Of a DNA stretch of 64,000 nucleotides, positions 45,757 to 55,243 are shown one piece after another. The position numbers were made by a program, and so were the translations under genes. Below the pieces are notes generated by a model. The model was not told the DNA's origin, made no database searches, and worked only from the letters and a program-made list of their open reading frames with translations. The stretch's first letter is position 1. Each line of letters starts with the position of its first letter. Where the stretch lies: the NCBI GenBank assembly GCA_038252165.1, contig JBBSAP010000001.1:129530-193529 (forward strand). The letters run 5' to 3'. Source of the DNA: Bacteroidales bacterium. GTDB lineage: Bacteria; Bacteroidota; Bacteroidia; Bacteroidales; VadinHA17.

Positions 45757-47679
45757 ATGAGGCTAAATATTGCAATATTACTTTTAATTGGCTTTTCGTC
45801 GGGTTTATTTGCCCAGAAGCAAGATACAATTAAGCCGAAGATAATTGAACAGTGGATTCTCTCACCTGATCTCACGGAAGAGGTCAAAATCCCGTTTGAC
45901 ACTGTTTTTTCCCTCTTTCATCAGTACAGGCTGGCAGACAAGTTTTCCCCTCTGAATGCCACCCTGGGCAGCTATGGCCTGCCATTCTACCAGTTTAATT
46001 TTTTTGACAGGATAACCGATCCGGATAAATTTCTGTATAACTATTACTTTCCCCTGATGTACCAGCCGGAAAAGTACACCTTCATGAATACGCAAATTCC
46101 ATTCACTGAGCTTGTGTGGACATTGGGAGGGCCCCGTGAAATGGCTGAACAGACTTTCAGGATCAGGCATTCCCAGAACGTCAACAGGAAGCTTAACTTC
46201 GGACTTGTATATGATATAGTTTATAACCTTGGACAATACAGCTACCAGCGGGCAGATGATAAGGATTTCGCTTTTTACGGTTCATACCGCGGCGACAGGT
46301 ATAAAGCCTATTTTGCAGCCGGATTGAATAATATTACCACAAATGAGAACGGTGGCATTGAAGACAAAAGCCAGCTTGAATCGCTTGACCCAAAGAATAT
46401 TGCCGTCAATCTGGGCGGACTTGATAAAGCACAAAGCTACCTGAAAAACAGGAACCTGATGATTGTACAGCGCTACACGGTCGGAGGCAGACAGCCAGCT
46501 GTGAAAGATAGTATGAAAACCGGGGATCCCAAATCCTTTAAGCTGAGCGGCACATTCTCACATATCTTCATTCTTGATGGAAACAGGCGGACATATTCCG
46601 ATGATAATCCCCTGTCAGGATTTTATACTTCGGTTTATGCAGATTCAACTCAAACTTTCGACTCACTTTTCGCCCGGAGTATTAAAAACACCATCAGATT
46701 TGATTTCAACACGGATGAAACCCGTAAATTCAGGCTGGGCGGAGGTGTAGGGATCAGAAATGAATTGTTTAAATACAACCAGATAGTGCCGACCTTTGAT
46801 ACTCTTCTTGCTGATACCGCCCAATGGCGGAAACACAACAACGTACTGATTGGTAAACTTTATAACAGTATCGGAGATAAATTCTACTGGATGGCGACAG
46901 GTGAACTGTTCCTGACCGGTTACAGGTTCGGCGATTTCAATCTTAACGGGGTTATTTCCAAATCGTTCGGATGGAAGAAAGGAGTTGCTTCGTGGAAGAT
47001 CAACGGTTCTGTAACAAACCGGCAGCCCTCATTCTGGTATGAGCGGTGGGGAAGTAACCATTTTGACTGGCAGAATAATATGAGCAAGGAATTCAGGGTT
47101 GACCTGGGGACAAGCTTCTCCTATCCTGCCCGTAGTATGGAATTAAGATTCAATTATGCCATAATTGACAATTATACGGATTTCGATACACTTGCTCTGC
47201 CTTCCCAGCATACCGGAGGCCTTTCTGTTGCATCGCTCTCTGCGAGAAAAGACCTGAGGGCCTGGAAATTTCATCTGAACACTGATCTGCTTGTTCAAAA
47301 GAGCAGCAATACAGAGGTTCTTGACCTTCCACTTGCCACTGTCAGGGCAACCGGTTATTTCGAGCATCTCTTAAATTTTAAGAAGACTGACGGCCAGCTT
47401 AATACACAGATAGGAGCTGAAGTCATGTATCATACCCTTTACTACCCGTATTCCTATATGCCATCAACAGGAAGGTTCTACAGACAGGATAAGGTGCAAA
47501 TCGGCAATTATCCGTTTATAAATGTCTTCATTAATCTCAAGCTGAGGCGGACAAGGATTTTCCTTATGTTCGACCATATCAACTCAGGATTCATGGGCTA
47601 TGATTACTACCTGGTTCCAACATATCCCATGAATATCAGGATGTTACGGTATGGTCTCGCATGGACTTTTTATGATTGA
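45757..47679 (+). CDS. putative outer-membrane beta-barrel protein (putative porin family)
   Basis: The ORF is open from TTG 45748. ATG 45757 gives MRLNIAILLLIGFSSGLFAQ (signal peptide). The body is rich in alternating aromatic/polar beta-strand patterns and ends in YGLAWTFYD. The family assignment is tentative. Confidence 0.55.
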   Translation: MRLNIAILLLIGFSSGLFAQKQDTIKPKIIEQWILSPDLTEEVKIPFDTVFSLFHQYRLADKFSPLNATLGSYGLPFYQFNFFDRITDPDKFLYNYYFPLMYQPEKYTFMNTQIPFTELVWTLGGPREMAEQTFRIRHSQNVNRKLNFGLVYDIVYNLGQYSYQRADDKDFAFYGSYRGDRYKAYFAAGLNNITTNENGGIEDKSQLESLDPKNIAVNLGGLDKAQSYLKNRNLMIVQRYTVGGRQPAVKDSMKTGDPKSFKLSGTFSHIFILDGNRRTYSDDNPLSGFYTSVYADSTQTFDSLFARSIKNTIRFDFNTDETRKFRLGGGVGIRNELFKYNQIVPTFDTLLADTAQWRKHNNVLIGKLYNSIGDKFYWMATGELFLTGYRFGDFNLNGVISKSFGWKKGVASWKINGSVTNRQPSFWYERWGSNHFDWQNNMSKEFRVDLGTSFSYPARSMELRFNYAIIDNYTDFDTLALPSQHTGGLSVASLSARKDLRAWKFHLNTDLLVQKSSNTEVLDLPLATVRATGYFEHLLNFKKTDGQLNTQIGAEVMYHTLYYPYSYMPSTGRFYRQDKVQIGNYPFINVFINLKLRRTRIFLMFDHINSGFMGYDYYLVPTYPMNIRMLRYGLAWTFYD

Positions 47680-47690
47680 AAAAAATGTTG

Positions 47691-47698
47691 TATCTTTG
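47691..47698 (+). promoter_or_regulatory. candidate -7 box for mltF
   Basis: TATCTTTG (TAnnTTTG), 43 nt upstream of the TTG start at 47741. Confidence 0.35.
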
Positions 47699-47740
47699 TC
47701 CTGCTATAAATAAGCTAAGAGTTAACAAAAACAATTTTTT

Positions 47741-49204
47741 TTGATAAAAAAGTTACTTATTCTTCTGACGATAACCTCCCTGTTTTTTTCATGTTCCGAA
47801 AATCCAACCAACAAGGACAAAAAAGATTCAGCTGCAATTGATCTGGATTCGATCATGGCAAGAGGAAAGCTTGTTGCTGTAACTGATTTCAATTCAACGA
47901 ACTATTTCCTTTACAAGGGTGAGCCTATGGGATTTCATTATGAGCTCCTGAAGGCTTTTGCAGATCATCTCGGTGTTGATATTGAGATTGTTTCAGAAAA
48001 CAGTATTGAGAATGCTTTCAGAATGCTTAAAACAGGCCAGGTTGACCTTCTAGCTATGGGACTTTCAGTGATTCCGTCCAGAAAAGATGAGATCCGATTC
48101 ACAGAACCCATCGACAGCACAAGGCAGGTTCTTGTTCAGCGAAAACCCCACAAATGGCAGAAAATGTCATTTTCCGAAATCGAAAGCAAAATGTTACGCA
48201 GCCATTCGGACCTTGCGAAAAAAAGCATTTATGTACAAAAGGGCTCCTCGCATGCCGGGCTTCTCAGGCAGCTCTCAAAGGAGATAGGCCAGCCCATAAC
48301 TGTTATCGAGGTGCCATTTGAAGCTGAAGCGCTTATAGAGCTTGTCGACAAGGGAGAGATCAACTATGCCGTTTGTGATGAAAATCTTGCATCGGTAAAT
48401 GCGACATATTTTCCGGAAATAGATGTCGCAACACAATTAAGCAATCCCCAGAATCTCGCATGGGGAATAAGGAAAACCAATTCAGATCAGCTTAAGAAGG
48501 AACTTGATCAATGGATCGTAAATTTCAAAACGACTCAGACGTTTGCCATTCTTTATTCCAAATACTTTAAGAACTCCCGTTCAAATGCGATAGTGAAAAG
48601 CAGTTATTACGCCCTAACCACCGAAAAAGTATCAAAATGGGATGATCTGATCAAGAAATACAGTGAAACAGTACACTGGGACTGGCGTCTTATGGCCTCT
48701 CTGATCTGCCAGGAATCAAGGTTCATGCCCGATGTTATATCAAGAGTAGGAGCTTATGGTCTTATGCAGGTAATGCCTGAGACAGGTAAAAATTTTGGTA
48801 TCGATATAACTTCATCTCCCGAAAACAATATTAAAGCAGGGGTCAAATTCATTAAATGGCTGAATAACATTTTCGATACCATGATACCTGATGAGAATGA
48901 AAGGACCAAATTTATACTGGCATCCTATAATGCGGGACCCGGCCACGTTCTGGATGCCATGAAGCTCGCTGAAAAAAACGGAATGGATCCCCATAAATGG
49001 GATGGAAATGTAGCTGTATGGATTTTGAAAAAATCAGAACCTCAGTATTATAACGATATTGTTGTTAAGTACGGCTATTTCAAGGGTAAGGAATCGGTTG
49101 CATTTGTAAGTGAGATACTCGAAAGGTTTGAGCATTATAAGAATATCATTCCGGAAAATAATGAGCCAATTTCGTATTTACCTCATAAAACTTCTTCCAG
49201 ATAA
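47741..49204 (+). CDS. mltF: membrane-bound lytic murein transglycosylase F-like (SBP_bac_3 + SLT domains), lipoprotein
   Basis: 487 aa with a TTG start. Lipoprotein signal LLILLTITSLFFSC. An N-terminal solute-binding-like domain, then SLT motifs LICQESRFMP and ASYNAGPGHV. Confidence 0.82.
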   Translation: MIKKLLILLTITSLFFSCSENPTNKDKKDSAAIDLDSIMARGKLVAVTDFNSTNYFLYKGEPMGFHYELLKAFADHLGVDIEIVSENSIENAFRMLKTGQVDLLAMGLSVIPSRKDEIRFTEPIDSTRQVLVQRKPHKWQKMSFSEIESKMLRSHSDLAKKSIYVQKGSSHAGLLRQLSKEIGQPITVIEVPFEAEALIELVDKGEINYAVCDENLASVNATYFPEIDVATQLSNPQNLAWGIRKTNSDQLKKELDQWIVNFKTTQTFAILYSKYFKNSRSNAIVKSSYYALTTEKVSKWDDLIKKYSETVHWDWRLMASLICQESRFMPDVISRVGAYGLMQVMPETGKNFGIDITSSPENNIKAGVKFIKWLNNIFDTMIPDENERTKFILASYNAGPGHVLDAMKLAEKNGMDPHKWDGNVAVWILKKSEPQYYNDIVVKYGYFKGKESVAFVSEILERFEHYKNIIPENNEPISYLPHKTSSR

Positions 49205-49206
49205 AG

Positions 49207-49238
49207 AACCCCCTTTGAATTCCCCCACTCGTGGGAAA
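49207..49238 (+). repeat. C5/G5 hairpin element, short copy G (just after the mltF stop)
   Basis: AACCCCCTTTGAATTCCCCCAC-TC-GTGGGAAA. It matches the ACCCCCTTT..TTCCCCC consensus, but only one short hairpin (CCCAC/GTGGG) is left. Confidence 0.45.
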
Positions 49239-49271
49239 CGAAATCAGGGATCTACTTAATAAACTATATCA

Positions 49272-49790
49272 ATGGATTTTCTTCAACTGGCCAAAGAGCG
49301 CTATTCCTCCAGAAAGTTTAAGCAGCTGATCGTTGAGGACGAAAAGCTTAATTATGTTCTGGAGGCAGGACGTATTGCCCCTTCGGCGGTCAACTGTCAA
49401 CCACTATTTTTTATAGTCGTCAGAGATGAAAATATTGAAAATGTACGTACCTGCTATACACGCGAATGGTTTAGAACTGCCCCGATGTGCATAGTTATCT
49501 GTTCTGATCATTCAAAATCGTGGAAAAGAGGTGACGGAAAGGATTCTTCCGATATCGATGCAGCTATAGCCGCTGACCATATCACACTGGCTGCCACAAG
49601 CATCGGACTTGCAACCTGCTGGGTATGTAATTTTAACAAGCCTAAATTATCCGAAGTTCTGAATTTGCCTGACCATGTAGAACCGGTTGTGATTCTTCCG
49701 TTAGGTTATCCGGATGACACCACAGATGTCAACAGGCATTCAACAAAGCGAAAACCGTTGGGTGATTTAGTTGTGTTTGAGAGTTTTTAA
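49272..49790 (+). CDS. nitroreductase family protein
   Basis: 172 aa. N-terminal RYSSRKF motif and a nitroreductase-fold pattern (..AGRIAPSAVNCQP.., ..ATSIGLATCWV..). Confidence 0.8.
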   Translation: MDFLQLAKERYSSRKFKQLIVEDEKLNYVLEAGRIAPSAVNCQPLFFIVVRDENIENVRTCYTREWFRTAPMCIVICSDHSKSWKRGDGKDSSDIDAAIAADHITLAATSIGLATCWVCNFNKPKLSEVLNLPDHVEPVVILPLGYPDDTTDVNRHSTKRKPLGDLVVFESF

Positions 49791-49792
49791 TC

Positions 49793-52189
49793 TCACTCAT
49801 ACCTCAATGCTTCCACAGGATTCCTGTTTGAAGCTCTCCAGCATTGAAGACTTACCGTTATTACTGCAATCAGTATGGCAGAAAAGCCAGCCAGGACAAA
49901 AATCCACCAGCTCAGGGCAGTTTTGTAGGCAAAATTCTGGAGCCATTTATGTAAAACGGTTATTGCAACAGGTGTTGCTATAAGAAAAGCAACCACAACC
50001 CATTTAATAAAATCCCTATTAAGAAGAAGAAGTATTTCTGAAGTTTCAGCTCCTGTCACTTTGCGTATGCCGATTTCCTTAGTGCGGCGGTCGGTTGAAA
50101 AGAAAGCCATACCCAGGATTCCCATTACGGAAATAACTATGGCGAGGATTGCAAATGCAGTTGTAATATTCCTAAGTCTGGTCTCAGCCTGATATTTCTG
50201 GTCGAGCATATCATCAAAAAAAGCATATGAAAACTCGCGGTTATCCCTGTATTTCATGAATGTTTCACGAATGTATCTGATTGTTTCTGTTCTTTTATCA
50301 GGCGCAATCCGTATATTCAATGTCATTATATTCTCCGGATTATTTGTAATTACAAGAGGGCCGATCGGGTAATGCAACGGCCTGAAGTGGAAATCTTTCA
50401 CTACCCCGACTATCACATCATTGCCTAAACGTTGACCGATGGGATCATTGAATCCGAGCTTTTTTTCAGCGGTTTCATTAATGACTATCGGAATTGAAAT
50501 TGTATATTCCTTACCTTCCTTCCTTTTTTTCTCCGCATCCTCCCCCTCTTTCCAGTAGCCGCTGTAATCCATCTGCAGGAACTGACCTTTTATTATCTCA
50601 AGCTTATAGGTTTTGGCAAAATCTTCATCAACAAATAATAGAGATGTCTGCAAAGTATCTGTTCTTCCCATGTGATTTAATGTAATTCCATGATGGAAAC
50701 CGTAATCGACGGGTGCATAAGTGCTTGCCGAAGCGCTTATGACTGAGGGATTTCTTAGCAACTCTTCCTTGAATTCCTTATTATCATACCATAAACCGGT
50801 AGGTACAACAACCACATTTTTATCATCGATGCCAAGATCTTTATTATGGATGTAATTTAACTGCTTGACAAACAGCGATGTGGCGATAATGAAAAAGATC
50901 GCTATACTGAACTGTGCAGTTACAAGCAGCCTGATAAAATTGCTTTTAGAACCAGTTGCGCTTCCTCGCCGGAATATTCCGACAGGATTCAAAGATGACA
51001 GATAAAAAGAAGGATAGATTCCTGCAATTACCCCAACTACCGATGTAAGTAAAAATAGACTTAAGCCAAACCTGACATAGATCTTTAATACCAGCTCTTT
51101 TCCTGAGAGCTCATTGAACCATGGAAGAACCAGCCAGATGATTATCAATGCGAGGATTGCGGACAGAAAAGTCTGGATTGCAGATTCTGCAATAAACTGG
51201 CCGAATATTGCCAGCTTTCCGGCTCCGTTTACTTTTTTTATACCTATCTCGGTTGCCCGCTCTGATGCTCTGGCAACCGATAACACAGAAAAATTGAGGG
51301 AGGCCATAAGAACTATAAGAAAAGCCAGTCCTGAAAAAATCCAGACATATTTATAGGATCCGGGATTCCTGTCGTAGAAAAAGTTCTCGTAATCGGAATG
51401 GAGATGAATATCAGCAAGAGGCTGGAACATCAGCTTGTCTGTATTTTTAGAATATTTATTTACCTGATTTGATATTGAGCTTAGAAACTCGCTGTCAATA
51501 TCAGCTCCCTTCTTGAGCTTTATATATACCCTGTTGCTTTTATCAGTCCAGCTGTTTATGAATCCTGCATAATGGCTGTTTTTCTCAGGAATTATGAAAC
51601 CGAAATCGAGGTGGCTTTGGTCAGGGATGCGGACCACGCCTCCCACAGTATAAACCTCTCTTGAATATTTGTCCATTAATACAGTCTGGCCTATTGCCGG
51701 CTGATCACCAAATAGTTTTTTTGCCACTTTTTCTGACAGAATAATGTCGTCAGGATTCTTAAATGCTTCTTCAGCAGTTCCTTCAACAAAGCTGAAACCT
51801 GCGAAGATCCGGAAAAAATCTTCATCTGCCCATGACATCCTGGCTTCAATTTTTTCACCTCCTGCCTCTTTCTGCAAAGGCGAGTTTTCTGAACTGGAAC
51901 TGATATAAGTTGCATATTCGATCTGCGGATAATCCATCTTCAGAGTTTTTGCAACCGGACGGTAGCATCCCGGCGACTTGACTATTTCATTGCCACGGTT
52001 TGAAAGCGTGAGCACTCTGTAAATCCTGTTATGATCAGGATGCATCTTATCATAGCTTAGTTCATTGAAAACCCACAGGTATATAAGCAGACTGGCCACT
52101 ATGCCAATTGTAAAACCGGTGAATGTTATGATTGAATAAACCGGTTTTGCCTGAAGATTCCGAATGGCGGTCCTTATATTGTGGTTCAT
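49793..52189 (-). CDS. ABC transporter permease, double FtsX / MacB-like (permease 2 of the operon)
   Basis: 798 aa. N-terminal TM, MacB-type periplasmic domain, FtsX 3-TM block, a second periplasmic domain and a second FtsX block. C-terminus NPVEALRYE. Confidence 0.88.
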   Translation of the reverse strand: MNHNIRTAIRNLQAKPVYSIITFTGFTIGIVASLLIYLWVFNELSYDKMHPDHNRIYRVLTLSNRGNEIVKSPGCYRPVAKTLKMDYPQIEYATYISSSSENSPLQKEAGGEKIEARMSWADEDFFRIFAGFSFVEGTAEEAFKNPDDIILSEKVAKKLFGDQPAIGQTVLMDKYSREVYTVGGVVRIPDQSHLDFGFIIPEKNSHYAGFINSWTDKSNRVYIKLKKGADIDSEFLSSISNQVNKYSKNTDKLMFQPLADIHLHSDYENFFYDRNPGSYKYVWIFSGLAFLIVLMASLNFSVLSVARASERATEIGIKKVNGAGKLAIFGQFIAESAIQTFLSAILALIIIWLVLPWFNELSGKELVLKIYVRFGLSLFLLTSVVGVIAGIYPSFYLSSLNPVGIFRRGSATGSKSNFIRLLVTAQFSIAIFFIIATSLFVKQLNYIHNKDLGIDDKNVVVVPTGLWYDNKEFKEELLRNPSVISASASTYAPVDYGFHHGITLNHMGRTDTLQTSLLFVDEDFAKTYKLEIIKGQFLQMDYSGYWKEGEDAEKKRKEGKEYTISIPIVINETAEKKLGFNDPIGQRLGNDVIVGVVKDFHFRPLHYPIGPLVITNNPENIMTLNIRIAPDKRTETIRYIRETFMKYRDNREFSYAFFDDMLDQKYQAETRLRNITTAFAILAIVISVMGILGMAFFSTDRRTKEIGIRKVTGAETSEILLLLNRDFIKWVVVAFLIATPVAITVLHKWLQNFAYKTALSWWIFVLAGFSAILIAVITVSLQCWRASNRNPVEALRYE

Positions 52190-52196
52190 TCTTCTG

Positions 52197-53738
52197 TTAT
52201 TTTATTAACATTAAAATATCCTCATTATCCGAAACCAAATCAGCAAGCTTTTTAAGTTCCAACTTTTTGACTTCCGGCGCTGATGTTCTGTTAAAGAATC
52301 CTGATCTTAAGCGCTCTTTGAGATCCTTCCCCTTTAAAGAGATCAGGATTTCACCATTTTTCCCGATCATTTCGGTTGATGGCCAGACAGGAACACCTCC
52401 ATCGAGGTTATTCTCCATTATATCAGGTGAGTAATTAAACGGATCGCCCTTGATTACAGTAAGCTGATGGTCTTTTTTTGAAAACAGGGCATAATAGATT
52501 TTAACGGCTTTATTTTTGCGCGAATTCGGGCAATCATAACCATCTTTTGTAAATGTCAGAAAAATATATTTATATGTTTCAGTCATTTCCCGGGGAATAA
52601 TCTTCCCGGTCAGATCATAGCCGGGATCAACTCCATGCTGTCTGGTAACCTTATATTTGCCCAGGTTAAGGACAAAAACCGGCTTCAGCCTGTTCGGGGG
52701 AATTACCTGGAAAATAGTGTCATTAAAAGCATTACGGAAATAAGTCTTACCATTGTGTTCATAATGGGTGCCACCGTCGGTGCCTCTCTGAAGTGATTTT
52801 GAATAGTTTACAAGTTTCTCGTGCTGGGTAAATGCCGAAATAGTATCACCACTGTTGTTAAAAATTCCCAGCATATTGCCGTTGTCAAGAATTTTGGAAT
52901 AATGTTCATTATCAATCCACTCCATATAATAACTCCTTGAAAGAAAGCCCGGGTTCAGGGACCGGGTACTCCACATTCCACCCGAAATCCGTTGTTTCGG
53001 AGCAGACTCACTGTTTCCCTGATTCAGATCGACAACTGGTACTCCCTGGCCGATTATCTTTGAAGGATCCTCAGGATCATATCTGATCGTTTGTCCGATC
53101 TGGTTAGCTGAACAATCATATTTCATTAAGTACTCCTGTCCGGCTATGTTGTTGAAATAGTTATAATAAAGCGTGTTACCTGAGCTTTTTACACTTGTAT
53201 TGTATGCCCCTGTAAAAGTAAATTCAGAATAACCGATGATTTTATCCGGTTCAATTTCTATACCGGTAAACTGGTTCTTAACAACGGTATTGACAAATCT
53301 GCCTTCACGGTCATAATGAATTATACCAAAAAGGTTTGATGCAATGATATAATCATCAGTGAGGTGAAAAGTAAACTTAATCTCCTTTCTAAAAGCTGAG
53401 TCAGCAGGAGGCTGTATTCTTATATATGTTATTTCAGATGCGATATCTGACAATTTTACCTCCCTTACATTCTGAAGACTACCGGCTATGTCAATCACAA
53501 CAGGCGGACTTGTCAGGTCAACTGAACGGTCTTCCTTGTAGCGAATGCCGCCGTTTGAATTTCCGGATCCCCCTGCAAGATGTTTTTTGTTTTCTTCCCC
53601 GTTATTGGCCTCGTTTTCCTCTTCCTGAAGGAGTATCTCATTAGTAAGTTCTTTTTCGCTGGTTTTAAGACGGTTGCGGTGGCAGGAAGGAGCCAGGAGA
53701 TAAACAAGAATCATAAATATAGCCAGTAAGTGCTTCAT
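52197..53738 (-). CDS. lipoprotein, tentatively BF3164-like six-bladed beta-propeller family (paralogue 1)
   Basis: 513 aa. Signal plus Cys (LLAPSC), an acidic linker, then motifs I associate with the Bacteroides propeller lipoprotein family: KLSDIASEITYIRI, NLDGGVPVWP and the C-terminal ..DNEDILMLIK. Not verified by search. Confidence 0.5.
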   Translation of the reverse strand: MKHLLAIFMILVYLLAPSCHRNRLKTSEKELTNEILLQEEENEANNGEENKKHLAGGSGNSNGGIRYKEDRSVDLTSPPVVIDIAGSLQNVREVKLSDIASEITYIRIQPPADSAFRKEIKFTFHLTDDYIIASNLFGIIHYDREGRFVNTVVKNQFTGIEIEPDKIIGYSEFTFTGAYNTSVKSSGNTLYYNYFNNIAGQEYLMKYDCSANQIGQTIRYDPEDPSKIIGQGVPVVDLNQGNSESAPKQRISGGMWSTRSLNPGFLSRSYYMEWIDNEHYSKILDNGNMLGIFNNSGDTISAFTQHEKLVNYSKSLQRGTDGGTHYEHNGKTYFRNAFNDTIFQVIPPNRLKPVFVLNLGKYKVTRQHGVDPGYDLTGKIIPREMTETYKYIFLTFTKDGYDCPNSRKNKAVKIYYALFSKKDHQLTVIKGDPFNYSPDIMENNLDGGVPVWPSTEMIGKNGEILISLKGKDLKERLRSGFFNRTSAPEVKKLELKKLADLVSDNEDILMLIK

Positions 53739-55243
53739 TTTACAATAATTACTATCATATCCCTGTCATTTAATCCATTTGCAAGTGAAACCTGCTTCCT
53801 TCTTTGATCAGAAGTTGCAGATCCCTTTTTAAATGCTTCAGAATTAATAAAATCCTTAATATTTTTCCCCGACACGAGCTTCATCATTTCACCTTGCGGA
53901 GTTATGAATTCAGGCCAGAAAGGCATTCCTCCATCAAGGTCATTTACAATACCTTCGGGAGTAAGAGTAAATCCGGGTTGGTGAATTAATTTCCCCAGTT
54001 TCTTGTCGTACAGCGCATTATAAAATTTAGTTGAATTCTTTCTGACATTGTTTGGAGATGCCTGATTTTGGGTGTATCTGATCATAAGATAATCATCAGT
54101 TTCATGAAGCGACTTTAATATCAATTTTTGCGACAGATCCAGATCGGGATCCAATCCTTCCCTGGAGCTGACCTTCTTTTCACCAAAGTCAAGGATAAAA
54201 GCAGGCAACAACCTGTCAGGAGCAATCATTCTGAAAACTGTGTCATTGTACTCGGGTTTGATAGTCAGTAACCCGTCGTATTGATAGCTTACCAGACTAA
54301 CTGGCTGACGGTATGTACTTTTTGTGAAGTTTAAAATACGATCATTATCAGTAAAATTGCATATTGTATCTCCCTGATTGTCATATGTGACCAGTAATGT
54401 TCCGGATTTTCCCGAATTCCATTTATTGTTGATCCCTGTCCAGGAATCAGGGCTTGTAATAAAAACACTCTCAAAACGGCCAGATGAGTCGTTATTGGCA
54501 GTAAACAGAGTATCCCCGGGGATCTTTCCTTGTCCAGGCAGTTCTTCCGGAGAAGCTGTCGCGATACTCTCTTCTCCACCGGGATTATATTTCATCATCA
54601 TGGTTGTCTTTTCGGGTCCATTGGTAAATGTGTAGACTATTTCACCATGGAATAAGGAAACAGGGGTGAAGACCGGATCTATTCCAATAAATTCATTAAA
54701 CCTCCAGAAAGGATTTCCATTGTATAATGAAATCCCCGGTCCGTTTTTCCATATTGTTTCCATGTATTTGCCATTCATATCAAAAATGGTCACACCGTAC
54801 AACCCCTGAAATATTATCCTTTCATCGTCAGACTGTACTGATGAAATCAGGCCGTTACGGTTGAAAAATGGATCAGTCAGCAGAATTGAATCCGGAGGAA
54901 CTTCAAGTCTGACATACCTCACAGATGATGCAATATCCGATAATCTGAGATCTCTGGTATTGTTGAGGTTCCCTGGTATATCGATCCGAATGGGTGGATT
55001 CTGCCTGTCGGCTGATCTGATCTCTTTCTTCCTGACACTTTCAGAGAATCCTTTCCGGTCTCTCCGGGAGCCCATATCCAGGGTGGCTTTCTCCTCTTCC
55101 GTTTCCTTTTTTTTCTGTTGACGGATCTCATTTGCCAATGCTTTCTCATTGGTTTTAAGCCTGTTGTGATGGCAGGAAGAGCAGTCAGCAAGTATTAAAA
55201 CTAATAACAAGATAAAGGAGTTCTTTTTCATTTTTCTATTCAT
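53735..55243 (-). CDS. lipoprotein, tentatively BF3164-like six-bladed beta-propeller family (paralogue 2)
   Basis: 502 aa, collinear with 52197-53738 (RLSDIASSVRYVRL, NDLDGGMPFWP, ..DRDMIVIIVK). It overlaps the upstream permease stop by 8 nt and the downstream paralogue by ATGA. Confidence 0.5.
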   Translation of the reverse strand: MNRKMKKNSFILLLVLILADCSSCHHNRLKTNEKALANEIRQQKKKETEEEKATLDMGSRRDRKGFSESVRKKEIRSADRQNPPIRIDIPGNLNNTRDLRLSDIASSVRYVRLEVPPDSILLTDPFFNRNGLISSVQSDDERIIFQGLYGVTIFDMNGKYMETIWKNGPGISLYNGNPFWRFNEFIGIDPVFTPVSLFHGEIVYTFTNGPEKTTMMMKYNPGGEESIATASPEELPGQGKIPGDTLFTANNDSSGRFESVFITSPDSWTGINNKWNSGKSGTLLVTYDNQGDTICNFTDNDRILNFTKSTYRQPVSLVSYQYDGLLTIKPEYNDTVFRMIAPDRLLPAFILDFGEKKVSSREGLDPDLDLSQKLILKSLHETDDYLMIRYTQNQASPNNVRKNSTKFYNALYDKKLGKLIHQPGFTLTPEGIVNDLDGGMPFWPEFITPQGEMMKLVSGKNIKDFINSEAFKKGSATSDQRRKQVSLANGLNDRDMIVIIVK

